From Erysipelotrichaceae bacterium (GTDB lineage Bacteria; Bacillota_I; Bacilli_A; ML615J-28; CAG-313): a DNA stretch of 64,000 nucleotides. Numbering within the stretch: position 1 is the stretch's first letter; every line of letters starts with the position of its first letter. The stretch is taken from contig SVBG01000007.1 of NCBI GenBank assembly GCA_015059015.1, forward strand, positions 1,451 through 65,450, given 5' to 3'. Both the position numbers and the translations under genes were made by a program. The notes below the pieces were generated by a model. That model ran no database searches. It had not been told where the DNA came from and saw nothing but the letters and a program-made list of their open reading frames with translations. Positions 1 to 9,467 of this stretch are shown one piece after another.

Positions 1-37
1 GATTCTTTTTAATCGCCATTTGAACTGATAACCCCAT
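1..37 (-). CDS. 5' end of an unidentified gene running off the window (MGLSVQMAIKKN...)
   Basis: ATG at 37..35 with an AGGAGGGAG Shine-Dalgarno 6 nt upstream. The frame stays open to the window edge. Confidence 0.3.
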   Translation of the reverse strand, partial: MGLSVQMAIKKN

Positions 38-170
38 TTTCTCCCTCCTATCAAGATACATAATATCAAATTTAATTATAAACTTCAATACCTTCATCAT
101 AATCTTACAAAATAATCCATTAAAAATAACTTAAATTAATTCAAAAAAACAATAAAAAACCTAAAACAAA

Positions 171-200
171 AAAGAAACAAAAATAAATTTGTTTCTTTTT
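171..200 (-). terminator. Rho-independent terminator after the AlbA_2 regulator gene
   Basis: 11-bp inverted repeat aaagaaacaaa/tttgtttcttt with a 6-nt loop. A T-run follows on the minus strand. Confidence 0.5.
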
Positions 201-221
201 AATATTTATTGAATTATTATT

Positions 222-1493
222 TTAATCTACTATCTCCCAATGACCAGATTTAGTAGAACCTTTATGCACAATTAATCCACTGTTTCTCATTTTATCTAAA
301 TAATGTTTAATTTTTGTTGAACTTATATTTAATTTTTTTGCCATCCCATTTCTTGTTATTGTAGGTTCATTTTTAATTACTTCTAAAATCATTCTTTGAA
401 TACTTTCTTGGTCAATTTCTTGGTCAGTTTCTTGGTCAATTTCTTGGTCATCAAACTTATAATTCATATTTGGAAATGTTACTTTGAACATATTTAGTGT
501 AGTCTCTATTGCAGGTTTAACTTTATCATTTTTGTATTCTTTAAATATTCTATCTAAACCTGAAGAATAGTTTTCAATATACCCTAACTTATGAAGGAGT
601 TGTACTAAATATTTATTTCTAAAACTTTGAACGCCATTAAGTGCTTCTTCTAAAGTTAAGCCTCCATAAAAACCACCTGGTGATATTATTTCACACCTGT
701 CATCAAAAAATTCTATTTTAATATTCGATCTTCTATTATAATCTCTATGACAATAACAATTTAAAATCGCTTCTCTAACTGCTTTATTATGATAAGAAAC
801 GAATTCTTTTCTCATTGGAGATCCATCTATTACAATTCTTGTTTCATTACACAAATCATAATATTCTAATGTTTTATCAATTTGTTTAATAATTGATCCT
901 CCAAATTCTTTTTTTGATTTAAAGACAGCTCTATCTAATCCATGATATACACCAATTTTAGTTTCTACATCATATTGGTCACTAAAGATAAATGCTAAAT
1001 TTGTATATTTATTATCTCTTATAAAACCTGAAGTTACCATTTTAAATTCTTTAAATTCTAAATTTTTTTCTTCAAATTTTAACTTTAAATAATTAAATGT
1101 TAAATCTTGAATACTTGAAATCATCTCTTCATAAAAAATATTATTAGATTCCATAATCATTCTAGTAATTTCTTCTTGAGATGCTTGGCTTTTATTTCTC
1201 CCATATCTAATATAAACACCTGATGATTTCGGTCCTTTTTCTTTTAAAAAATAAGGTTTATTATTCCCTGGTGTTATTGATATTTCAAGAACATCATCTT
1301 CATTATACTTAATACTAACAAATTCAGAACAATTTGGATAAATTGATTCATCTCTAATCCAATTAATAATTTTAGATTCATTTAAATCTTTTTCTTCTTG
1401 TGATATTTTTAAAATGTTTCCAAAATTATCTACGCCTACATAAATTTTCCCACCTAAATAACTATTTAAAAATGCTATTACTTCAGTTTTCAT
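222..1493 (-). CDS. AlbA_2 (Schlafen-like divergent AAA) / HATPase-like / C-terminal wHTH putative transcriptional regulator (RecG-C-terminal-like family)
   Basis: 423-aa ORF with family-typical N-terminus MKTEVIAFLNSYLGGKIYVGV and a C-terminal HTH segment (TITRNGMAKKLNISSTKIKHYLDKM). Identified by family resemblance only. Confidence 0.55.
   Translation of the reverse strand: MKTEVIAFLNSYLGGKIYVGVDNFGNILKISQEEKDLNESKIINWIRDESIYPNCSEFVSIKYNEDDVLEISITPGNNKPYFLKEKGPKSSGVYIRYGRNKSQASQEEITRMIMESNNIFYEEMISSIQDLTFNYLKLKFEEKNLEFKEFKMVTSGFIRDNKYTNLAFIFSDQYDVETKIGVYHGLDRAVFKSKKEFGGSIIKQIDKTLEYYDLCNETRIVIDGSPMRKEFVSYHNKAVREAILNCYCHRDYNRRSNIKIEFFDDRCEIISPGGFYGGLTLEEALNGVQSFRNKYLVQLLHKLGYIENYSSGLDRIFKEYKNDKVKPAIETTLNMFKVTFPNMNYKFDDQEIDQETDQEIDQESIQRMILEVIKNEPTITRNGMAKKLNISSTKIKHYLDKMRNSGLIVHKGSTKSGHWEIVD
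405..452. repeat. 12-nt tandem repeat (ttcttggtcaat, 4 copies, last degenerate) inside the AlbA_2 CDS, in frame (DQEI/DQET)
   Basis: Read directly: ttcttggtcaat / ttcttggtcagt / ttcttggtcaat / ttcttggtcatc. It encodes DQEIDQETDQEIDQE. Confidence 0.85.
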
Positions 1494-1574
1494 ATCATCA
1501 TTTAAAATAGCTTTTAATTATACTGTCTCACTTTCAATGTATTTCATTTTATATAGCCTTTCTTAAGAAATTTT

Positions 1575-1630
1575 CTAAAAAATAAAAAAGCATTTAATCA
1601 AATACAATAATTAGTAGTACGATTAAATGC
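1575..1630 (-). terminator. Putative terminator downstream of the carboxypeptidase gene
   Basis: 10-bp stem gcatttaatc/gattaaatgc with a large 20-nt loop, then a T-run on the minus strand. The loop size lowers confidence. Confidence 0.35.
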
Positions 1631-1721
1631 TGCGAATATTACTATATAAAATGCTATATTTATGTTTTTTAAATACTATAATTTTATCATTAAAATCACG
1701 AAAAAGCAATCATTATGTTTT

Positions 1722-2888
1722 TTAAAACAGCGATATAAAAACTTTATACAAAATCTCTAAATAAGTACTTTTCCTTAGTTCTTCTTCTAAATCTAATGAA
1801 ACTTCATCAACTAATTTTCCATCAATATATGCTTTAATTAAACCAATATTTTCATATTCTTGATTTCTAATTTTGTCACGATATAATGTTATTTCATAAG
1901 TTACTTCATTAAAAGATTCACCTTTATTTTTCAAAAAACACATTTTATTACTCGTAACTATATTATATTTACTAGGATTTACTAAAACATCAGATTCTGT
2001 TTCAATTATTTCATTTTTTTCTTTTAATGTTACTAATTCATACGAATTAAATCCGTAATTTAAAACTTTCATTGCATCACTATTTCTAAGTGTTGGAGTT
2101 TCGGCTCCCATAACAACACATACAAGTCTCATTCCATTTTTTTCCATAGTTGTTGTAATACAATATCCAGCATCACTTGTCCAACCAGTTTTAAGTCCAT
2201 CAACTCCATTATTTAATTTTAACATTTTATTAGTATTCACTAACCAAAATGGATTATTAGTATCTGTTCTAATATAACTTTCATACATAGATGAATATGG
2301 TATTACAATATCTTTATATTCTTTTAATAAATTACATGCAATAAGTGCCATATCATAACTTGTTGTATAGTGATTATCAGTAGGAAGGCCTGTTGCATTA
2401 ATAAAATTAGTATTTTTACAACCAAGTGTTTTTGCAACATGATTCATTTTATTTGCAAATAATTCTTCACTACCTGATACCTTTTCCGCAAGTACAACTG
2501 CTGCATCATTAGCAGATGCGATAACCATGCTTTTAAATAAGTCTTCTACTTTCATCTGTTCATTAGGTGCAAGATATATTTGAGAACCACCCATACTAGA
2601 TGCATAATTACTAGTTGTTAAAATATCATCCATTGTAAATTCATTATTTTTCATAGCATCTAAAACTAACTTCATTGTCATTATTTTTGTCATTGAAGCA
2701 GGAGCACGTTTGTTATGTGCATTTAATTCATATAATACTTCTTTAGTTTCTACCTCCATTAAAACTATCGATTTAGCACTTCCAATTTCAAGTGGAATTA
2801 CATTAACTAAGTTATTACTTACTTTAGCCTTAGCAACTGGAATATTTACACATATTAACATTAAACCAACAATTAATAATTTTTTCAT
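1722..2888 (-). CDS. D-alanyl-D-alanine carboxypeptidase (serine-type, PBP5/DacA-like, peptidase S11) with signal peptide
   Basis: SMTK (SxxK) and SAN(D) motifs plus a hydrophobic N-terminal leader. Start moved to ATG 2888 (MKKLLIVGLML) because GGTGAT lies 5 nt upstream. Confidence 0.75.
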   Translation of the reverse strand: MKKLLIVGLMLICVNIPVAKAKVSNNLVNVIPLEIGSAKSIVLMEVETKEVLYELNAHNKRAPASMTKIMTMKLVLDAMKNNEFTMDDILTTSNYASSMGGSQIYLAPNEQMKVEDLFKSMVIASANDAAVVLAEKVSGSEELFANKMNHVAKTLGCKNTNFINATGLPTDNHYTTSYDMALIACNLLKEYKDIVIPYSSMYESYIRTDTNNPFWLVNTNKMLKLNNGVDGLKTGWTSDAGYCITTTMEKNGMRLVCVVMGAETPTLRNSDAMKVLNYGFNSYELVTLKEKNEIIETESDVLVNPSKYNIVTSNKMCFLKNKGESFNEVTYEITLYRDKIRNQEYENIGLIKAYIDGKLVDEVSLDLEEELRKSTYLEILYKVFISLF

Positions 2889-2978
2889 TTCTATCACCAT
2901 TATTATTTATGATTAAATAATATTAAATATAACAAAAAAGTCTCTAAACCAAAATGATTTAAAGACATTAATTTTATA

Positions 2979-3884
2979 TTATTTTTGTGGTAAAAGAAAT
3001 CTTATCTTATGTTTTAATACTTCAATTGTAACTTTATTACGATGAATTGTTTCTCCATCAATACAAATAGTAAGAATTTTAGGAGATTCAATTATAATTT
3101 TAGATGCTTTTTTACAAAAAGCTATTCTTTTATATTTAGGATTATCATAGATAAGACCTTTTTTATATTTTCCAATTAGGCTTGCAAAAGTAAGAATTGA
3201 TACCTTTTTAATAACTATACAATCAACTAATCCATCATTGATGCTAGCTTTAGGAGTACAATTATAACCTCCACCATAATAGGAAGCATTACCAAATGCC
3301 ATGAGTAGTGATTTTCCATCAAAAAATTCTTCATTATCAATAGTTATTTTAACTTTATCACCTAATGGTTTTAAAAGATTTCGAATTATTGCATTATTAT
3401 ATGCTTTTTTTACATTATGATATTTAGCTCTAAGTTTAATTTGATCATAATTTACTCTTGCATCAAAACCAATGTTAGTAACATTTAAAGAATAAAATTC
3501 ATCTACTTTTAACAGATCACATGGAATAATCTCTCCATTAATTTGTTTTTCTAAATCCATAAAATCATATCCTGGAAATGCCTTTAAAAAATCATTACAA
3601 GATCCTGTTGGAATAATTCCTAAGATTGCATTTGGATAATTTGCAACTCCTGTCACCACTTCATTCATCGTGCCATCCCCTCCACATGCAAAGATATAAA
3701 TATCTTCATTAGGGTATTTAGAACATATTTCTGCTACAAATCTTGTTGAATCACCAACACCAATAGTTTCATAAATATTAATATCATATTTATTTAATGT
3801 TTTTAATTTGTTGTAGGCTTCTAAAAATGCTTTTCCTTTTTCACCACTACCTGCAGCAGGATTTAAGATGAAATAACATTTCAT
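2979..3884 (-). CDS. Diacylglycerol kinase catalytic-domain family lipid kinase (DagK/YegS/BmrU-like)
   Basis: GGDGT motif (FACGGDGTMNEV). 301 aa. Its start lies 1 nt after the stop of the upstream LarA-like gene. Confidence 0.7.
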   Translation of the reverse strand: MKCYFILNPAAGSGEKGKAFLEAYNKLKTLNKYDINIYETIGVGDSTRFVAEICSKYPNEDIYIFACGGDGTMNEVVTGVANYPNAILGIIPTGSCNDFLKAFPGYDFMDLEKQINGEIIPCDLLKVDEFYSLNVTNIGFDARVNYDQIKLRAKYHNVKKAYNNAIIRNLLKPLGDKVKITIDNEEFFDGKSLLMAFGNASYYGGGYNCTPKASINDGLVDCIVIKKVSILTFASLIGKYKKGLIYDNPKYKRIAFCKKASKIIIESPKILTICIDGETIHRNKVTIEVLKHKIRFLLPQK

Positions 3885-3885
3885 A

Positions 3886-5160
3886 TTATCTTACAATAAC
3901 ACTAATTCCATCAGGAATAATCGTAACTTTCTTGTTGCTTCCTACTATTTCATCAGCTTTAGCAAGTGCTTCTTCAATTGTATAAGCATGCATGATATGC
4001 ATATCTGTAATTATCTTTGGATCACAATGTTTAGATACAATTATTACATTTGCTTTACAAAGAATTCTACCTAGAATTTGAGCTTCCCATTGGTCAAACT
4101 CTGTGTTTTCAGGTGCTACATTGTTAAGCGAATTATATGATGCTTCTGCACTATCAAAATCAGCAAGTAATTTATAGAAGAATTCACCACCAGTACCATC
4201 AGCACAAGATGAACAAATAATAATTACTCCACCTTTATTTACACAAGCTTCACCTGCAGTCATACCTTTTACTGTTTGATAAATGTTTTGATCTAGTGGA
4301 TATCCACCATTTGTTGTAATAACAATATCAGACATAATAGGTTTAACTTCAGCAATTTCTTTAACAAGTTTGCATCCGTGAGCATGAGCAAGTTCTAAGT
4401 TTCCTGCAAATGCTTTAATAACTTTCTTTTCAGAGTTAATAACTACATTTAAGATAAATTCTAGTTTTGCAGCTTTTGCAGCAAACAGCATATCTTTATG
4501 AATAGGGTTTTCATCAATAGAACCAGCTCTTGCATTTTTACTTGCAATAAATCTTGCGTTATGATTCCATAAAACTGTCTTCTTAGATGCAATACCTGGA
4601 AGTACTGATTTTCTACCACCAGAGAAACCAGCAAAGAAATGAGGTTCAATAAATCCTTCACTTACAAGTAGATCGCATTCATCAACAAGTTTATTAACCC
4701 AAAGTTCACCACCTGAAGGTAAGATTCCTTTAAATGTCATATCCTCATCTTTATATGCATCATGAATAACAATGTTTTCTTCATCAACTATTTTTTGTCC
4801 ATATTTAGCAACTAATTCTTCATAAGTTGTCGGTCTATGCATACCTGTTGCAATTAATATAGTAATTTTTACATCAGGGTTGTTTGCTCGAATATGTTTT
4901 AATAAAATAGGCATTGTTACATGACTTGGAACAGGACGAGTGTGATCACTTGAAATAATAACAATGTGCTTTTTTCCTACTGCAAGATTAGATAATGATT
5001 CTGAACCAATTGGATTATTAAGCGCTTCTTCTACTAAACCTGATTCAGTGTTAGTAGGTACGTACTCTTCTACTTTAGAAACTAAAACCCCTGCAACACG
5101 TTCATCAGCAATATTAAAATCAATATGTTCTTTATAATATGGTAATTTAAAGTTAGCCAT
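3886..5160 (-). CDS. LarA-family protein (nickel-pincer-nucleotide-dependent 2-hydroxyacid racemase/epimerase homolog; DUF2088 plus LarA C-terminal region)
   Basis: N-terminus MANFKLPYYKEHIDFNI is typical of LarA/DUF2088. A GGRK segment may carry the cofactor-tethering lysine. 424 aa from ATG 5160 with AAGGAGAT Shine-Dalgarno; the listed ORF is an N-terminal over-extension. Confidence 0.6.
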   Translation of the reverse strand: MANFKLPYYKEHIDFNIADERVAGVLVSKVEEYVPTNTESGLVEEALNNPIGSESLSNLAVGKKHIVIISSDHTRPVPSHVTMPILLKHIRANNPDVKITILIATGMHRPTTYEELVAKYGQKIVDEENIVIHDAYKDEDMTFKGILPSGGELWVNKLVDECDLLVSEGFIEPHFFAGFSGGRKSVLPGIASKKTVLWNHNARFIASKNARAGSIDENPIHKDMLFAAKAAKLEFILNVVINSEKKVIKAFAGNLELAHAHGCKLVKEIAEVKPIMSDIVITTNGGYPLDQNIYQTVKGMTAGEACVNKGGVIIICSSCADGTGGEFFYKLLADFDSAEASYNSLNNVAPENTEFDQWEAQILGRILCKANVIIVSKHCDPKIITDMHIMHAYTIEEALAKADEIVGSNKKVTIIPDGISVIVR

Positions 5161-5219
5161 GTTTATCTCCTTAATTTTCTTTAAAAAATGTGCAATATTT
5201 CTATTGCACATCTAATTTA

Positions 5220-6401
5220 TTAGTTTCTAGCGATACCTTGTTCGCGTGCAACTCTACCAACTTCTTTTGCAACAACGTTACATACGCGTTTGTCAAATGG
5301 AGATGGGATGATGTATTCTGGATTTAATTCTTCATCAGTTACAAGTGAAGCAATAGCTTTTGCAGCAGCTAATTTCATTTCTTCAGTAATGTTAGTAGCT
5401 CTTACATCTAGTGCACCTCTGAAAATACCAGGGAATACTAAAACGTTATTAATTTGGTTAGGGAAGTCACTTCTACCTGTTGCAACAATTGTAGCACCAC
5501 CAGCTTTAGCAACATCCGGCATAATTTCAGGTGTAGGGTTAGCCATAGCAAATACGATAGGATCTTTAGCCATTGTACCAACCATTTCAGCTGTAACTAA
5601 GTTTGGAGCAGATACACCGATAAATACATCTTTACCTTTAATGATTTCAGTAAGAGGTCCAGTTTGTTTATCTTTATTAGTGATTTCAGCCATTGCAGCT
5701 TGAGCAGGATTCATCCAATCTTGACCAGGACATAAAGCACCTTGACGGTCTACAAGTACTGCATCACCAATACCATATTGAAGAAGTAATTTACAAATAG
5801 AAATACCAGCACTACCAGCACCATTGATAACTACTTTAATATCTTTAGCTTCCTTACCAACACATTTTAATGCATTAATTAAACCAGCACAAACAACAAT
5901 AGCAGTACCATGTTGGTCATCATGGAATACAGGAATATCTAATTCCTCTTTTAAACGTCTTTCAATCTCGAAACAACGAGGAGCTGAAATATCTTCTAGG
6001 TTAATACCACCAAAACATGGAGCAATTCTTTTTACTGTTTCTACAATTTCATCAACATCTTTTGTATCTAAACAAATAGGGAATGCATCAACATTTGCAA
6101 AGTTTTTAAATAAGATTGCTTTACCTTCCATAACTGGCATAGCTGCAAGAGGACCAATGTCACCTAAACCTAGAACTGCAGTACCATCAGATACAACAGC
6201 TACTAAGTTACCTTTTGATGTATATTTGAATACATTTACAGGATCCTTATGAATTTCACGACATGGTTCTGCAACACCTGGACTGTATGCAAGTGATAAT
6301 TGATCTTTATTTTCTACTACAACTTTAGAATTAACTTCAATTTTACCTACTTTTTCTGCATGAAGTTCTAGACTTCTTTCATAAACTGTTTTTTCAGCCA
6401 T
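5220..6401 (-). CDS. NAD(P)-dependent malic enzyme (short bacterial form, malate dehydrogenase (decarboxylating))
   Basis: Typical N-terminus VVENKDQLSLAYSPGVAEPC and Rossmann segment VINGAGSAGISI. 393 aa. Confidence 0.8.
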   Translation of the reverse strand: MAEKTVYERSLELHAEKVGKIEVNSKVVVENKDQLSLAYSPGVAEPCREIHKDPVNVFKYTSKGNLVAVVSDGTAVLGLGDIGPLAAMPVMEGKAILFKNFANVDAFPICLDTKDVDEIVETVKRIAPCFGGINLEDISAPRCFEIERRLKEELDIPVFHDDQHGTAIVVCAGLINALKCVGKEAKDIKVVINGAGSAGISICKLLLQYGIGDAVLVDRQGALCPGQDWMNPAQAAMAEITNKDKQTGPLTEIIKGKDVFIGVSAPNLVTAEMVGTMAKDPIVFAMANPTPEIMPDVAKAGGATIVATGRSDFPNQINNVLVFPGIFRGALDVRATNITEEMKLAAAKAIASLVTDEELNPEYIIPSPFDKRVCNVVAKEVGRVAREQGIARN

Positions 6402-6422
6402 TTTTATAATACCTCTTTTATC

Positions 6423-7544
6423 TTAATAACTACTCTTGAAGTTAGTATTATCTAACTCAACATCACCAAAATATTCTTTTGGATCCATACCTAAATAATT
6501 AGCCATATCAATCATTTCTCTTAATGTATTAACATTAACAGGAATACCTTGTTCTTTAACTCTTTCGATAGCTTCCATTTCTTTTTCACCATGAGTGTAA
6601 ATTCTTTCAGCACCATCAGCTTTAGGGCTTTCACGAAGTTCAGTTAAATATTGACTGAAGTGTGCTTTAATTGCTTCAGGATCACCAAAGAATGCAGGAT
6701 TAATTGCCATAAAGCCATGACAAATACCTGAGAAACCATTTTGCATTGTATGAGCTGAAGTATAACCTTGTGATAAAATAGATGCGAATAATTCACAAAG
6801 CATACCATAACCATAACCTTTATGACCACCTAGTTGTTCAGTGTCACCACCTAGAGGAACAATACCGCCACCTTCGTGAGCTTTAATGTTTCCTAATACT
6901 TCATTTGCACTATTAGATGATTCACCAAGTTTATTTACTGCCCAACCAGTTGGGATAGGTTTATCCATCTTATTATACATTTCTAACTTACCACGAGTAA
7001 CAACTGTAGTAGATGCATCAAAGAAGAATGGATAAGGTTCAGCAGGAGCACTTACTGCAATAGGGTTAGAACCTAACATAGCTTTTTTACCAAATGTAGG
7101 AACCATAATTGCTTCAGAGTTAGTACAAGAAAAACCAATTAAACCTTGGTCCATAGCAAGTCTTGCATAATAACCAGCAATACCATAGTGGTTAGAATTT
7201 TTAACAGAAACAATACCAACACCAGCAGTCTTTGCTTTTTCAATAGCAATTTGCATTGCTTTGTGTCCAATTAATTGCCCCATTCCTGAATGTCCATCAA
7301 TAACTGCAGAAATTGGAGTTTCAAATACTACTTCTGGTTTTGCATCAACATGGATTAAACCACTTTCAATACCTTTGTGGTAACGAACTAAACGTTGCAT
7401 ACCATGAGATTCAATACCAAAGTCATCAGACATAATTAAAACATCTGTAATAATTCTTGCTTCATCAAAAGTAAAACCAAACTTTTGGAAAGCATCCATA
7501 CAGAATTTGTCTAATAATTCACGAGAATAATTAATATAAGCCAT
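6423..7544 (-). CDS. Ldh_2 family (malate / L-sulfolactate type) NAD(P)-dependent 2-hydroxyacid dehydrogenase
   Basis: Family-typical sequence over the whole 373 aa. The listed GTG start is replaced by ATG 7544, which has AAAGGTGA 8 nt upstream. Confidence 0.65.
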   Translation of the reverse strand: MAYINYSRELLDKFCMDAFQKFGFTFDEARIITDVLIMSDDFGIESHGMQRLVRYHKGIESGLIHVDAKPEVVFETPISAVIDGHSGMGQLIGHKAMQIAIEKAKTAGVGIVSVKNSNHYGIAGYYARLAMDQGLIGFSCTNSEAIMVPTFGKKAMLGSNPIAVSAPAEPYPFFFDASTTVVTRGKLEMYNKMDKPIPTGWAVNKLGESSNSANEVLGNIKAHEGGGIVPLGGDTEQLGGHKGYGYGMLCELFASILSQGYTSAHTMQNGFSGICHGFMAINPAFFGDPEAIKAHFSQYLTELRESPKADGAERIYTHGEKEMEAIERVKEQGIPVNVNTLREMIDMANYLGMDPKEYFGDVELDNTNFKSSY

Positions 7545-7577
7545 AATATATTTCACCTTTCATTTTTTTACATCCTT

Positions 7578-7606
7578 ATTATAACAAATATTCTAAATTA
7601 TGGCAA
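7578..7606 (-). promoter_or_regulatory. Sigma-A-type promoter for the Ldh_2 / malic enzyme / LarA-like / DagK operon
   Basis: Minus-strand TTGCCA, 17-nt spacer, TGtTATAAT (extended -10). Lies about 35 nt upstream of the Ldh_2 start. Confidence 0.5.
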
Positions 7607-7621
7607 ATCATTTATAATTTT

Positions 7622-7664
7622 TTTATAAAAAAGATAAAAATTAGACTCTTAAAAAAGAGTCTAA
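7622..7664 (-). terminator. Rho-independent terminator after the ABC substrate-binding-protein gene
   Basis: 10-bp stem ttagactctt/aagagtctaa with a 4-nt loop, then TTTTTATCTTTTTT on the minus strand. Confidence 0.6.
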
Positions 7665-7665
7665 T

Positions 7666-8682
7666 CTAGTTATTAATTACTTCGAATGCTACTTTGTTAT
7701 TTACTAAAATATTGAAATCTACATATTCATCTAGTTCTTTTGCTTCAATCATGATCTTTTGTAAATTATCAAATGCTGTTTTAGTGAATTCTGGCGTTTT
7801 ACACCAAGCATTAATACTTCTATATCTATTTACTACACTTGTTAAAGTTTCTATAGAAACATCAGTAAACTGTTTATGAATTACATTTGCAACTTCTTCA
7901 TCACTGTGAGTATCAACATATTGTTGACCTTTATAAATTGCAGTTGTAAACTTTTTAAGTGTTTCTTGATTTTTATTAAAATAGCTATTTAAACAAGAAT
8001 AAGCTGTATAAGCAACTTCACCTGCATACTCTCCAACACTAGCAAGTAAATAGATTTCTCCACTTGCCTGCATTTCTGAAGCAGTTGGTTCAAATAAAGT
8101 TGTATAATCGCCTTCACCATTTAAGAATGCACCTGCCATTGCCGCAAAAGCAACATCAGTTCTAACATTTACATCGGCTTCATCAGAATTTTTAGCAATC
8201 GTAAGTCCTGCTTGTTTTAGAACGTATTCTAGTGTCATTTCAGGAACTCCTCCTGCACGACCACCTAAAATAGATTTTCCCTTTAGCATTGATAACTCAA
8301 AATTATCAACCGGTTCTCGTCCAAAAATAAAACTTCCATCAGTTCTAGTAAGTTGTGCAAAGTTAACTAAATAATCACTTGAATTATTTTTATACAAATA
8401 AATTGTAGGTTCAGGTCCTTGTAAACCAATTTCTACATCACCCGATAATAAAGATGCTGTAACTTTATCAGCACCATTTGCATTAATTAATTCAACTTCA
8501 AGTCCTACTTCTTCAAAATACCCAAGTTCTAGTGCTACATATTGTGGGGCATAAAATACACTATGAGCAACTTCTGCAACCTTAACTTTCTCTAAATCAT
8601 TTTCCTTACAACTATTAATAGATATTAGCATCATAAAACAAAGCATTATTACACATAATTTTTTCAAATTCTTATTAATCAT
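7666..8682 (-). CDS. ABC transporter substrate-binding (lipo)protein, NMT1/SsuA/TauA-like family
   Basis: Hydrophobic leader ending INSC, then an SBP-like sequence. The start overlaps the permease stop (ATGA). Confidence 0.6.
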   Translation of the reverse strand: MINKNLKKLCVIMLCFMMLISINSCKENDLEKVKVAEVAHSVFYAPQYVALELGYFEEVGLEVELINANGADKVTASLLSGDVEIGLQGPEPTIYLYKNNSSDYLVNFAQLTRTDGSFIFGREPVDNFELSMLKGKSILGGRAGGVPEMTLEYVLKQAGLTIAKNSDEADVNVRTDVAFAAMAGAFLNGEGDYTTLFEPTASEMQASGEIYLLASVGEYAGEVAYTAYSCLNSYFNKNQETLKKFTTAIYKGQQYVDTHSDEEVANVIHKQFTDVSIETLTSVVNRYRSINAWCKTPEFTKTAFDNLQKIMIEAKELDEYVDFNILVNNKVAFEVINN

Positions 8683-9467
8683 TTCCTATTTTCCTTCCAT
8701 ACTTTTTCAATTATATTGACGATTTCATACATAAAAAAAGAAAGAACTCCTAAAACTAATACTCCCATCATAACTAATCCCATTTTAAATACTTGAGATC
8801 CATACATTATTAAATATCCGATTCCTTCTTTAGAAACTATAAATTCTCCAACAATTACACCAACCCAACTCATACCTATATTTATTTTAATCAAATTTAT
8901 TAAATTACCTATATTTGATGGAATAACAAGTTTAAATAATATTTGTATCTTTGTTGCATCAAAGCTTTTCATCATTAGGATTTGTTCATTGCTTACATTT
9001 TTAAAATATTGATATGCAGATAAAATGGTTAATACAAGTGATATTGTTATCGCTACACAAACTATTCCATCAATACCTGTTCCTACCCATATAATTATAA
9101 TTGGTGCAAGTGCTGTTTTTGGAAGCGCATTTAATACTACTAAAAATGGATCAAATATTTTTGCAACTAATTCATTCCACCATAATATAACTGCTATTAC
9201 TAATCCAAATATTGTACCTATTATTAACCCTAATATCGTTTCATAAACTGAAATACCAATATGTCTAAAAATCTCATTATTTTGTAAATATAAATTAAAG
9301 ATTTTTACAATATCACTAGGATAACTAAATAAAAAAGTATTAATTATCTTTAGTTTTCCTAAAATTTCCCATAAAGAAAATATAAAAATTAATAAACTAA
9401 TTTGTACAATAAATACTATTGTTTTTTGTTTTTTTAACATTTTCTTATAATTTAATTCTTTATTCAC
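8679..9467 (-). CDS. ABC transporter permease (SsuC/TauC-like, binding-protein-dependent family)
   Basis: Multi-TM protein with a permease-like segment. Start ambiguous: GTG 9467 overlaps the ATPase stop; ATG 9440 is the alternative. Confidence 0.6.
   Translation of the reverse strand: MNKELNYKKMLKKQKTIVFIVQISLLIFIFSLWEILGKLKIINTFLFSYPSDIVKIFNLYLQNNEIFRHIGISVYETILGLIIGTIFGLVIAVILWWNELVAKIFDPFLVVLNALPKTALAPIIIIWVGTGIDGIVCVAITISLVLTILSAYQYFKNVSNEQILMMKSFDATKIQILFKLVIPSNIGNLINLIKINIGMSWVGVIVGEFIVSKEGIGYLIMYGSQVFKMGLVMMGVLVLGVLSFFMYEIVNIIEKVWKENRK

Noticed and set aside
5290-6252. Two + strand ORFs (137 and 142 aa) antisense to the malic enzyme gene
   Set aside because: They lie wholly inside a well-supported minus-strand gene, have low-complexity Ser/Ala/Ile-rich translations and no Shine-Dalgarno. 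They are shadow ORFs.
7545-7556. GTG/TTG-initiated N-terminal extensions listed for several ORFs (Ldh_2 7556, tviC-like 44305, DUF1963 54704, Flg_new 30204)
   Set aside because: Each has a downstream in-frame ATG with a clear Shine-Dalgarno (AAAGGTGA, TGGAGAT, AAGGAAG) and no Shine-Dalgarno before the alternative start. The opposite holds for the 30928 TTG start, which was kept because AGGTGA precedes it.
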